A stretch of 64,000 nt of DNA from Bacilli bacterium (GCA_017635465.1 JAGBLL010000059.1:16012-80011), one strand, 5' to 3'; counted from the first letter of the stretch, positions 57,055 through 64,000 are shown. Notes: generated by a model from the sequence alone, not told the origin. A program made the numbers and translations.

Positions 57055-57248
57055 TTCTGGCTGTAAGAAAGGCACTCCATTTTACGGAATAGGCAGTTAA
57101 AAATTACGGTCCGAGATTTTTGGTATACAGATTCCAATTTTTGTAACATTCTAGATTTGGCTCATTTTTCTTCTCAAATCACACGTGAGTCACATCTTAA
57201 GAATAGATTTATCACACCATTCACCACTTGTGGTGAATTTTTCTTGTT
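57055..57248 (+). ncRNA. Candidate ~190-nt small RNA or terminator-containing cis-regulatory leader of unknown class
   Basis: Bounded by the promoter above and the intrinsic terminator at 57219-57248. Contains no ATG and no SD-preceded ORF. I could not match it to any riboswitch consensus I know. Confidence 0.35.
57219..57248 (+). terminator. Intrinsic terminator-like hairpin inside the leader of the collagen-like lipoprotein gene
   Basis: ATTCACCA-CTTG-TGGTGAAT (8-bp perfect stem, tetraloop) followed by TTTTCTTGTT. Lies 141 nt upstream of ATG 57389. Confidence 0.6.
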
Positions 57249-57261
57249 ATTTCTTTCATAC

Positions 57262-57275
57262 GTGAGCGCGTTCAC
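57262..57275. promoter_or_regulatory. GC-rich imperfect palindrome just upstream of a weak second promoter
   Basis: GTGAGCG-CGTTCAC (6 of 7 arm positions pair) stands out in otherwise AT-rich DNA. Followed by TTGATA (57279-57284) - 17 nt - TATTTT (57302-57307). Confidence 0.3.
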
Positions 57276-57388
57276 TCATTGATAATATTTTTCCTAATTT
57301 TTATTTTTTAAATTTTTTGTTGTTTTCTGCTCTTTGAGGTAATACCATTTTAAACAAATTTAAACACGAAAAGGAGAAAACGCAGTTT

Positions 57389-60300
57389 ATGAAAAAAATT
57401 TCAAAATTGTTTGTCGGCTTGGCTTTAGGTGGCATGCTCTTAACTGGCTGTAACTTAAGTGGCCCAGCTGCATCTTACAATGCTACAAACTATAGACAAC
57501 AAGATGTCTACAAGTTGTACGTTGCCGAAGGTGGCGCTCTAACATACGAAGAGTGGTTAGAATCAATCAGAGGCGCCGACGGCTCACAATTCTATGCTGA
57601 TGTCAATGACCCAACTGCAGCAGGTGGTAAAGATGGTGACGTGTTTGTTAACATCTCTTCCTGGGATCTCTTCTTAAAGATCGGTGGCAATTGGCAAAAG
57701 ATCGGCAACCTCAAAGGTGAACAAGGTCCAAAAGGTGACAAAGGTGATAAGGGTGACAAAGGTGACCAAGGTCTTCCTGGCGCTGATGGTTCCCAAATCT
57801 ATGCTGATGTCAATGATCCAGCAGCCGCTGCTGGTAAAGACAACGACTTATTCATCAACATCAACTCTTGGGATGTCTTCCTTAAAGTGAATGGTGCTTG
57901 GAATAAAGTCGGTAACATTAAAGGTGCTCAAGGCTTACAAGGTGAACAAGGCTTACAAGGTGTTGCAGGTTCACAAATCTTCGCCGACGCACAAGACCCA
58001 GCCGCTGATGGCGGTAAAGAAGGCGATTTATTCATTAATATCGCTACATGGGATGTCTTCCTCAAATTAAACGGTGCTTGGGCAAAAATTGGTAACATCA
58101 AAGGTGCTCAAGGTGAACAAGGTCCAAAAGGCGACAAAGGTGACAAAGGTGATCAAGGTGATAAGGGTGATACTGGTGAAGCTGGTAACTCATTCAGCAA
58201 TGGTTACGGTCGTCCAGATGATGCCGATGGCAAAGATGGTGACACATATCTCGATTTAAATAATTTAGATATCTACGCCAAGAACAATGGTCACTGGGCT
58301 AAAGTCAACAACATGAAAGAAGAACTCAGATGGGACTTAGAAGTCGAAACCGAAATGAACAAATATCTCGGTGGCGCACTCCCATTTGTTGATCTCAATC
58401 CTGATACAATGTATCACAGCTTCAGCACTTATTATGAAAGTTGGTATGGATTCGATCTTTATGTCATCGGTGATGATAACCCATACAACTTAGTCGAAGA
58501 CTATGGTGAAAGATTAATTGCTGCTGGTTTCGAATATAATCCAGCCGCAGCTGAATTCGGTGGAGATTACATCAAAACAACTCCAAGAGGCTATCAAATC
58601 GAAGTTTCCTTCAACTGGTTTGAAGCTTCATCAAGCTACGAAGCTGGTAACGAAATTGATGTTTACATGCCTCCATATGTTGATCCATATTCAGCAGAAT
58701 TCTTTGAAGATCTCGGATTCGAATTAGTCGAAGGTTATCCAAAAGATCTTGTCGACGCAACCCTTCAACTAGATCCTCAAGACCTTCCAGGTGTCAACCT
58801 TGATGGTGATTGGTATGTTGATAGTGACAAAAACGATATGGGCGCTGATGGTGTCTACTACTACGTTTTAGCCGCTACAGAAGGCGAATTCGCTGCTGAT
58901 TTAGCTGGCCAAGTTGAAGCACTCGGTTTTGAATATAATGAAGAATATGAATGTTGGCTTGATGAAAACCAAGATCGCGAAGTCGATATTATACAAAGAG
59001 ATGGTTGGACATTTGCTAAATTCTTTGGTCCAACACTCATGGAACCATACGATGAAGCATACTTCCTTGAAAACGGTTACAATGCAGTTGAAGGATTCCC
59101 AGATGAAATCGTTGAATTAGCTTACAAAGAAGACAACTGGTTCGATGGCGTTAATGTTGATGGTGATTGGTTTGCCAAGTACTCAACAACAAAATATGCA
59201 AGTGGTTCACACGCTGGTACAATGAGAACAACTGCTTATTTAGCAACAGAAGGTGACTACGTTGCTGAATTTGAAGCCAACATCCAAGAAGCTGGATTCT
59301 CGTGGGTTAGCAAATACTCTGACTGGGAATTAGCAACTAACGATATGGCTTGCATCACAGTCGAATATGTCCGTGGTTACACAATGATTTACATCGGTGG
59401 TGACTATCTCGATGATCCAGATTATGTTCCTGCAGAAAACGTTGAAGCACCAGAAGTTGCCGCTGCAATCGATGCATTCTTCGCTGATTATGACATTGAA
59501 ACAAATGCTCCAGCTTACTATGCTCCATCAACATACAGAGTTGAAGCAGGTAATGGCTTCATTAGAATCTACAATTCAGTTTTAGCTGATATGCAAGCTT
59601 ATGAAACAGCCTTAGTCGCTGCTGGTTGGACAACATCTCACCCAAGTGCAAGTCGGCCAAATGACTATGTTGCTACCCTTGGTGAAACAGGCGCTACATT
59701 AGCGATTGAAGAATATTCTTCATATGTCAAAATTACATTCTCTTACGAAGAACCAGTTCCTCCAATGACTGCTGCTGATGCCACTGCTGAATTATTAGCA
59801 TACTGGGCTACATTAGGAATTGATCCAGCTGATATCGAATTACCAGATTTCGAAACAGCTAACGGTGTCTATCTCTCTTCTGACCAATATGTTGAATCAA
59901 GTGGCTTCTATTTAGTGCAAGTTGGCAATGCTACTGCTGAAGAATACGCTGCTTACATCGAAGACTTAGAAACAGCTGGTTGGAATCTTGAATACTTCAA
60001 TAACACAGAAAGTGGCCTTACTGGTTATGCCTGTACATTCGGTGAATCAGGCACAGTCCCATGCATGGAAGTTCAAGATCACCTTGATGCTGGTTATGTT
60101 GCTATCTTAGCTTACAGTACATTCATTATGGGTGAAATCACACCTCAATCAGTTATCGCTAACATCGCTAGTATGGTTACACAAACAGGCGAATACGATG
60201 ATTTAGGTAACAATACATATGCTCTTGAAGCTGGTTACTTAGCTTCCAGCGTTTCACTTGACAAGATTATTGGTTGGATTGAAACAGCCTTTGTTCCAGA

Positions 60301-60478
60301 AGGCTTCACAATGGTTGAAGACTGGACACCAGATGTCTATGAAGGTATCGCTGCTCAAACTCGTACATATTACAACGAAGATGCTGACGTCGTTCTTGAA
60401 TTCAAAATCTTCTCATGGTCACATCCTACTGCTGGTGACATCAACTCATTCTACGCTAAAGCTTACTACGGTAACTAA
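57389..60478 (+). CDS. Lipoprotein with collagen-like Gly-X-Y tracts alternating with a ~45-aa conserved module, plus repeated acidic C-terminal modules
   Basis: 1029 aa. Lipobox LLTGC. G-X-Y runs are GEQGPKGDKGDKGDKGDQGLPGADG, GAQGLQGEQGLQGVAG and GAQGEQGPKGDKGDKGDQGDKGDTGEAG. Intervening modules read Q(F/I)(Y/F)AD..DP.A.GGK.GD.F(V/I)NI..WD.FLK..G.W.K.GN(L/I)KG. AAGGAG is the SD. Confidence 0.85.
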   Translation: MKKISKLFVGLALGGMLLTGCNLSGPAASYNATNYRQQDVYKLYVAEGGALTYEEWLESIRGADGSQFYADVNDPTAAGGKDGDVFVNISSWDLFLKIGGNWQKIGNLKGEQGPKGDKGDKGDKGDQGLPGADGSQIYADVNDPAAAAGKDNDLFININSWDVFLKVNGAWNKVGNIKGAQGLQGEQGLQGVAGSQIFADAQDPAADGGKEGDLFINIATWDVFLKLNGAWAKIGNIKGAQGEQGPKGDKGDKGDQGDKGDTGEAGNSFSNGYGRPDDADGKDGDTYLDLNNLDIYAKNNGHWAKVNNMKEELRWDLEVETEMNKYLGGALPFVDLNPDTMYHSFSTYYESWYGFDLYVIGDDNPYNLVEDYGERLIAAGFEYNPAAAEFGGDYIKTTPRGYQIEVSFNWFEASSSYEAGNEIDVYMPPYVDPYSAEFFEDLGFELVEGYPKDLVDATLQLDPQDLPGVNLDGDWYVDSDKNDMGADGVYYYVLAATEGEFAADLAGQVEALGFEYNEEYECWLDENQDREVDIIQRDGWTFAKFFGPTLMEPYDEAYFLENGYNAVEGFPDEIVELAYKEDNWFDGVNVDGDWFAKYSTTKYASGSHAGTMRTTAYLATEGDYVAEFEANIQEAGFSWVSKYSDWELATNDMACITVEYVRGYTMIYIGGDYLDDPDYVPAENVEAPEVAAAIDAFFADYDIETNAPAYYAPSTYRVEAGNGFIRIYNSVLADMQAYETALVAAGWTTSHPSASRPNDYVATLGETGATLAIEEYSSYVKITFSYEEPVPPMTAADATAELLAYWATLGIDPADIELPDFETANGVYLSSDQYVESSGFYLVQVGNATAEEYAAYIEDLETAGWNLEYFNNTESGLTGYACTFGESGTVPCMEVQDHLDAGYVAILAYSTFIMGEITPQSVIANIASMVTQTGEYDDLGNNTYALEAGYLASSVSLDKIIGWIETAFVPEGFTMVEDWTPDVYEGIAAQTRTYYNEDADVVLEFKIFSWSHPTAGDINSFYAKAYYGN
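57572..58309 (+). repeat. Three and a half tandem ~195-nt coding repeats (collagen tract + module), including 9-nt GGTGA(C/T)AA(A/G) Gly-Asp-Lys units
   Basis: Protein residues 62-307. Nucleotide similarity between units is visible, for example tgggatgtcttcct(t/c)aaa..aa(t/c)ggtgcttgg recurs at about 57869 and 58049. Confidence 0.75.
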
Positions 60479-60502
60479 GAATAGAGCTTAAAAAAACAAA
60501 TT

Positions 60503-60529
60503 AGGATCAGAGTAATCTGATCCTTTTTT
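60503..60529 (+). terminator. Rho-independent terminator after the collagen-like gene
   Basis: AGGATCAGA-GTAA-TCTGATCCT (9-bp stem) followed by TTTTTT. Confidence 0.85.
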
Positions 60530-60627
60530 AACGCACGCAATATTACACTTTTCTTAGTTTTGTCATTGTTTGATAAAATCAAAAAATATTACTTTTTCTT
60601 GCTAAATTCATCAATAAGCATAAAATG

Positions 60628-60644
60628 TATACTAAATTAGTATA
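60628..60644. promoter_or_regulatory. Perfect 17-bp palindrome upstream of the C11 protease gene (operator candidate overlapping a TATACT -10-like hexamer)
   Basis: TATACTAA-A-TTAGTATA. Lies 24 nt upstream of ATG 60669 and just upstream of AAGGAGG. Confidence 0.45.
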
Positions 60645-60668
60645 TCCATCAAGAAAAGGAGGAATAAC

Positions 60669-63600
60669 ATGGCAAACAAGTTAAAAAAATTGTTAGTTGC
60701 AGGTTCATTGGTGTCTAGCATCTTTGTAGCGTTAGTTGCTTGTAATAAACCACAAGGCCAATCTAATCAAAGCAATGCATCCACCACTCCCGCTGCTAGT
60801 GTTGTTTCTAGCGTTCCGGCTAGTAGCTTGCCAGGTGTTTCATCTGTGACACCTACACCAAGTTCATCTGCCGCGCCAAGTTCATCAGAAGCAATTTCTT
60901 CAAGTGAAGCTCCAGCGCCAGTCGTGTTAACAGGCATTACAGCAGTTAATAACCAAACAAGTTATGCATATGGCAACGAACAATTAGATCTTACAGTTAC
61001 CGCTAATTATTCTGACGGCACCTCTGTAACTATTACCGATTATCAAGTTACAGGTTATGATGCCACAAAGACTGGTGAGCAGAGCCTCACAGTGTCATTC
61101 GAAGGAAAGACATGCTCAGTCAAAGTTAAAGTTGATAATCCAGTGTTAGTCAATATCAGTGCTAGCACAAATAAAGAAGCCTACGAATACGGTGAAGACT
61201 TAGATATCATTGTCAAAGCCCACTACTCCGATGGTTCTGAAGTTGTAATCGATAATTACACAGTTACTGGTTACAACGCTGAAAATCCTGGTGAACAAGA
61301 TTTAACAGTTACTTATGAAGGTAAAACATGTAACTTAAAGGTTCTTGTTAATGATCCAGTATTAGTGAATATCACCGCAGTTAGTAACAAAGAAAGCTAC
61401 GAATACGGTGAAGACTTAGATATCATTGTTGTGGCTAAATACTCCGATGGTTCTGAAGTAACATTAGATAACTATGAAGTTACTGGTTATGACGCTCAAA
61501 ATCCAGGTGAACAAAACTTAACAGTTACTTATAAAGGTAAAACATGTAACTTAAAAGTTCTTGTTAACGAAAGGGAGAACAAATTCCCACTCGATAAGTT
61601 AAATAGTTTCTTACAATTAGAAAATATTACCACTCCTGTCATCTCCCCAGTCGGTTATGATGCTTGGGAAGAAAAAACTGAACCAGAACAAGATGGTAGC
61701 AAATACTTCATTGCTTCCACTAATGATGAAGGACAAGCGGGTGTTGATACAATTGCTGACCAATACGCTGTTGCCTTGCAAGCGGAAGGTTGGACAGTCA
61801 ACAACGATAATGGTTCCTATGTCGCTTACAAAGCAGAAGGCGACGTTGAAGTATCATTTAAAACAGTTAACAAAGTGTTCTCATTACGTATCAATTCATT
61901 CGTTGAATTCCCAAATCAAAAAATTACTGCTTCCCCAATTAAAACAAAAGCCACTATTGAAGATGGCCAAACAATTATCTTCGGTAATGTTGCAAAAGGT
62001 TTAGTTATTAATGACTTTGCAGATGGCAAATTAAAAGCAGAAAGTTGCAGATCTACTGATACCAAATTAGATGGTATTGAAAAAGATGTCTGGCGTTTCA
62101 CAATTAATAAAGTTGGTACCAGTTTCACATTCACTGATATCTATGGCAGAAAATTAGGCGCTACTGGTCTTGGTCAATTAGCTTTTGATGAAGGTTCTAC
62201 AGAATGGTCAATGGTTATCACATCTAGATCCACTATTATCGCTAACGCTAATAAAGATTTTGGTAAACTTTGCATCAATTTAGATAACAATACACTTACC
62301 ACTTATTCAAACGTTTTCGATGGTAACTTAGTGTACACACAAATTCTCAAATTATCTCAAGAAGAAATTATCTATCCAACAGGCATCGCTCTTGAAGGTA
62401 AACAAGAACTCGCAATCGGTAAAAAGAATAGCATCGATGTAAAATACATCCCAGAAAACGCTAATTCATTAAGCAAGATTACATGGTCTTCATCCAATGA
62501 AAGCATTGCTAAAGTTGATGAAAATGGTTTAGTTACTGCCATTGCAGCAGGTAACGCCACCATTACCGCTAAAACATTTGCTAAGAGAACAGTATTAGAA
62601 GCTTCATTCAATGTTGAAGTTAAAGAAGTTGTCTTAGATGCTTGGACCATTATGCTCTACATCTGTGGCGCTGACCTTGAAAGCGATAACGGCTTAGCAT
62701 CTTCTGACATTACTGAAATCTTAAAAGTCAACAATCAACCAGAAGACGTCAATATCATTATCGAAACAGGTGGTTCAACATCATGGCACAACTATGGTAT
62801 TGATGCTTCCAAACTATCCCGTTACCACGTTGAAAACAAATCCCTCGTCTTAGATGAAAAACTCACAAAAGAAAATATGGGTAAGCAATCAGTGTTTGAA
62901 TCATTCTTAACTTGGGGCTTACAAGAATATCCAGCAGAAAAAATGGGTGTTATCTTATGGAACCACGGTGGTGCTTTAGATGGTGTTTGCTTCGATAGCA
63001 CTGTTGGCTCAGACAATAGCTTAACCAATTCTGAAACCAAAGCAGCTTTCGAAAACGTCTTCCCAGCATTTGGTGTTAATAAGCTCGAATTCATCGGTTA
63101 TGACGCTTGCTTAATGCAAATTCAAGATATCGCTGAATTCAATTCACACTACTTCAACTATATGGTTGGTTCTGAAGAAGCTGAAGCCGGTGAAGGTTGG
63201 GTTTATGATAAGTGGCTTGATGATTTATATGAAGGCAAAGATACTCCAACAATTTTAAAAGCTAACTGTGATGCCTTCGTTGCTCAATATGGCGATGATC
63301 AAACTCTTTCTTACTTGAATTTATCCAAGATGGAAAACTATCACGCTAAATTTGAAGCGATGGCTGAAGCCATTAAGAGTACCGCTAAATCTAATTACAG
63401 TGCATTCAAAACATTGTTAAAGAGTGTCAAAGACTTTGGTGATATTAACTACTATTGGTATTCACAAAACGGCTATGATGCATATGGTGAAATCGATGGC
63501 TTAGACTTATTGAACAAACTTGGAAATAACGCCACTTATAGCGCATTCCAAGATGTGATTAATGAAGCTAAGACAGCATATACCTCATTAGTGGCATATT

Positions 63601-63716
63601 CTAGAAAAGGTAATGCCGCTGGCAACGCCAATGGCTTAGGCGTTATCTCTGGTGCTCCAGTTAACTATCCATCAAGTGAAACAGCATTCACTACTTGGAG
63701 AAGCATCTTCTACTAG
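60669..63716 (+). CDS. Lipoprotein clostripain-like cysteine protease (C11) with three Big_3-like repeats, an acidic AGW module, an unknown middle domain and a Big_2-like domain
   Basis: 1015 aa. Lipobox ALVAC and a Ser/Pro linker. Three ~72-aa repeats (..YEYGEDLDIIV.A.YSDGSEV..DNY.VTGY.A.NPGEQ.LTVTY.GKTCNLKVLV). ITWSSSNESIAKVDENGLVTAIAAGNATITA resembles Big_2. C-terminal C11 blocks are WTIMLYICGADLESDNG, VILWNHGGA (His) and FIGYDACLMQ (Cys). Confidence 0.85.
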   Translation: MANKLKKLLVAGSLVSSIFVALVACNKPQGQSNQSNASTTPAASVVSSVPASSLPGVSSVTPTPSSSAAPSSSEAISSSEAPAPVVLTGITAVNNQTSYAYGNEQLDLTVTANYSDGTSVTITDYQVTGYDATKTGEQSLTVSFEGKTCSVKVKVDNPVLVNISASTNKEAYEYGEDLDIIVKAHYSDGSEVVIDNYTVTGYNAENPGEQDLTVTYEGKTCNLKVLVNDPVLVNITAVSNKESYEYGEDLDIIVVAKYSDGSEVTLDNYEVTGYDAQNPGEQNLTVTYKGKTCNLKVLVNERENKFPLDKLNSFLQLENITTPVISPVGYDAWEEKTEPEQDGSKYFIASTNDEGQAGVDTIADQYAVALQAEGWTVNNDNGSYVAYKAEGDVEVSFKTVNKVFSLRINSFVEFPNQKITASPIKTKATIEDGQTIIFGNVAKGLVINDFADGKLKAESCRSTDTKLDGIEKDVWRFTINKVGTSFTFTDIYGRKLGATGLGQLAFDEGSTEWSMVITSRSTIIANANKDFGKLCINLDNNTLTTYSNVFDGNLVYTQILKLSQEEIIYPTGIALEGKQELAIGKKNSIDVKYIPENANSLSKITWSSSNESIAKVDENGLVTAIAAGNATITAKTFAKRTVLEASFNVEVKEVVLDAWTIMLYICGADLESDNGLASSDITEILKVNNQPEDVNIIIETGGSTSWHNYGIDASKLSRYHVENKSLVLDEKLTKENMGKQSVFESFLTWGLQEYPAEKMGVILWNHGGALDGVCFDSTVGSDNSLTNSETKAAFENVFPAFGVNKLEFIGYDACLMQIQDIAEFNSHYFNYMVGSEEAEAGEGWVYDKWLDDLYEGKDTPTILKANCDAFVAQYGDDQTLSYLNLSKMENYHAKFEAMAEAIKSTAKSNYSAFKTLLKSVKDFGDINYYWYSQNGYDAYGEIDGLDLLNKLGNNATYSAFQDVINEAKTAYTSLVAYSRKGNAAGNANGLGVISGAPVNYPSSETAFTTWRSIFY
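60924..61568 (+). repeat. Three tandem ~216-nt coding repeats (Ig-like Big_3-type domains)
   Basis: Protein residues 86-300. Units 2 and 3 share an identical 33-nt stretch, ctacgaatacggtgaagacttagatatcattgt. Confidence 0.75.
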
Positions 63717-63740
63717 AATATATAAATAATTATAAAAACA

Positions 63741-63766
63741 GGCGGTTCCGTGAGGTTCCGCCTTTT
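63741..63766. terminator. Bidirectional terminator between the C11 gene and a convergent partial gene
   Basis: GGCGG-TT-CC-GTGA-GG-TT-CCGCC hairpin (63741-63762) followed by TTTT on the + strand and UGUUUUUAU on the minus transcript. Confidence 0.65.
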
Positions 63767-63776
63767 CATATAAGCA

Positions 63777-64000
63777 TTATCTAATGAAATCCAATATAGC
63801 TTTAATTATTTCTGGATCTTGTTCCACTAGACGGTCTAATGAAACGTTTTTGAAATAATTAATTTTATCTTCATCTGTTTTTATTTCTTTATTTTTAATT
63901 AAAAGATTATATTTACCAAAAACATCGTTCATATAAGCCACTGCTTCAGCGGTGTAGTTTGGATTATGCTTCTTATTATTTAATTTAATTGTTTTAATAT
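63777..64000 (-). CDS. Hypothetical protein, C-terminal 74 codons only (N-terminus beyond window end)
   Basis: Open at the window edge and not in the ORF track. Minus-strand translation reads ..LKTIKLNNKKHNPNYTAEAVAYMNDVFGKYNLLIKNKEIKTDEDKINYFKNVSLDRLVEQDPEIIKAILDFIR, with stop at 63777-63779. No family recognised. Confidence 0.45.
   Translation of the reverse strand, partial: IKTIKLNNKKHNPNYTAEAVAYMNDVFGKYNLLIKNKEIKTDEDKINYFKNVSLDRLVEQDPEIIKAILDFIR

Noticed and set aside
57108-57116. GGTCCGAGA, identical to a conserved segment of the ykkC / guanidine-I riboswitch
   Set aside because: The other invariant ykkC blocks (CTAGGGTTCCG and ACACGG.GGGATAAAAGCCCGGGAG) are absent from the leader. A single 9-mer is insufficient.
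57185-57265. Possible 26-codon leader peptide starting at GTG 57185 and running through the terminator hairpin
   Set aside because: It has no Shine-Dalgarno, a non-ATG start and no regulatory-codon run. It is probably fortuitous.
57684-59585. Several 61-69-aa same-strand alternative-frame ORFs inside the collagen-like gene (e.g. KVNKVQKVTKV..)
   Set aside because: These are frame-shifted readings of the Gly-Asp-Lys repeats and acidic modules. The main frame is continuous for 1029 aa with a clear signal peptide and SD.

Overview
AT-rich, very gene-dense window of about 50 genes. The only long spacer is 577 bp at 56812-57388. It looks like a low-G+C Firmicutes/Mollicutes-like bacterium using the standard genetic code: ORFs up to 1400 aa have no in-frame TGA and Trp is TGG. 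By eye I found no rRNA, tRNA, CRISPR array, transposase or integrase. All family calls rest on motifs I recognise in the translations; no database search or computation was run.

Left part (1-27 kb), mostly housekeeping and accessory metabolism:
- a REC-GGDEF response regulator cut by the window edge
- the queuosine operon tgt-queA-queH
- a GH43 glycosidase, a nitroreductase, a minimal kinase-like protein and pepT
- an MFS + glycerophosphodiesterase pair
- a DUF2188 protein with a histone-H1-like Ala/Lys/Pro tail, followed by a HAD hydrolase
- a sugar kinase + oxidoreductase pair
- a SWIM protein + SWIM-SNF2 helicase pair
- bioY, a lipoprotein phosphoesterase and malQ
- an Sfp-type PPTase followed by a licD-tarI-tarJ (CDP-ribitol) module

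Middle (27-37 kb):
- MscS preceded by an 809-aa membrane protein with four novel tandem repeats
- a GPH-type transporter with a charged coiled-coil tail
- DUF1295 plus a degenerate-GGDEF/EAL phosphodiesterase

Right part (35-64 kb), the most interesting region, is a surface proteolysis and peptide-uptake block:
- oppBCDF has unusual insertions: about 260 aa of Lys/Ala/Glu-rich sequence inside OppD, about 90 aa inside OppF, and a roughly 420-aa ectodomain in OppC.
- A membrane-anchored type-B esterase sits at the operon end.
- There is a giant OppA lipoprotein and an unknown 524-aa lipoprotein.
- Three lipid-anchored proteases of three catalytic classes are present: a 1400-aa S8 subtilase, an M13 metallopeptidase with InlB-type B repeats, and a C11 clostripain-like protease with Ig-like repeats.
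- A 1029-aa collagen-like lipoprotein shares a degenerate acidic module with the C11 protein.

Non-coding signals:
- an orphan consensus promoter + intrinsic terminator unit (about 190 nt) upstream of the collagen-like gene
- several perfect palindromes overlapping promoter elements
- a recurring TATAAT-N5-11-ATG arrangement suggesting leaderless mRNAs
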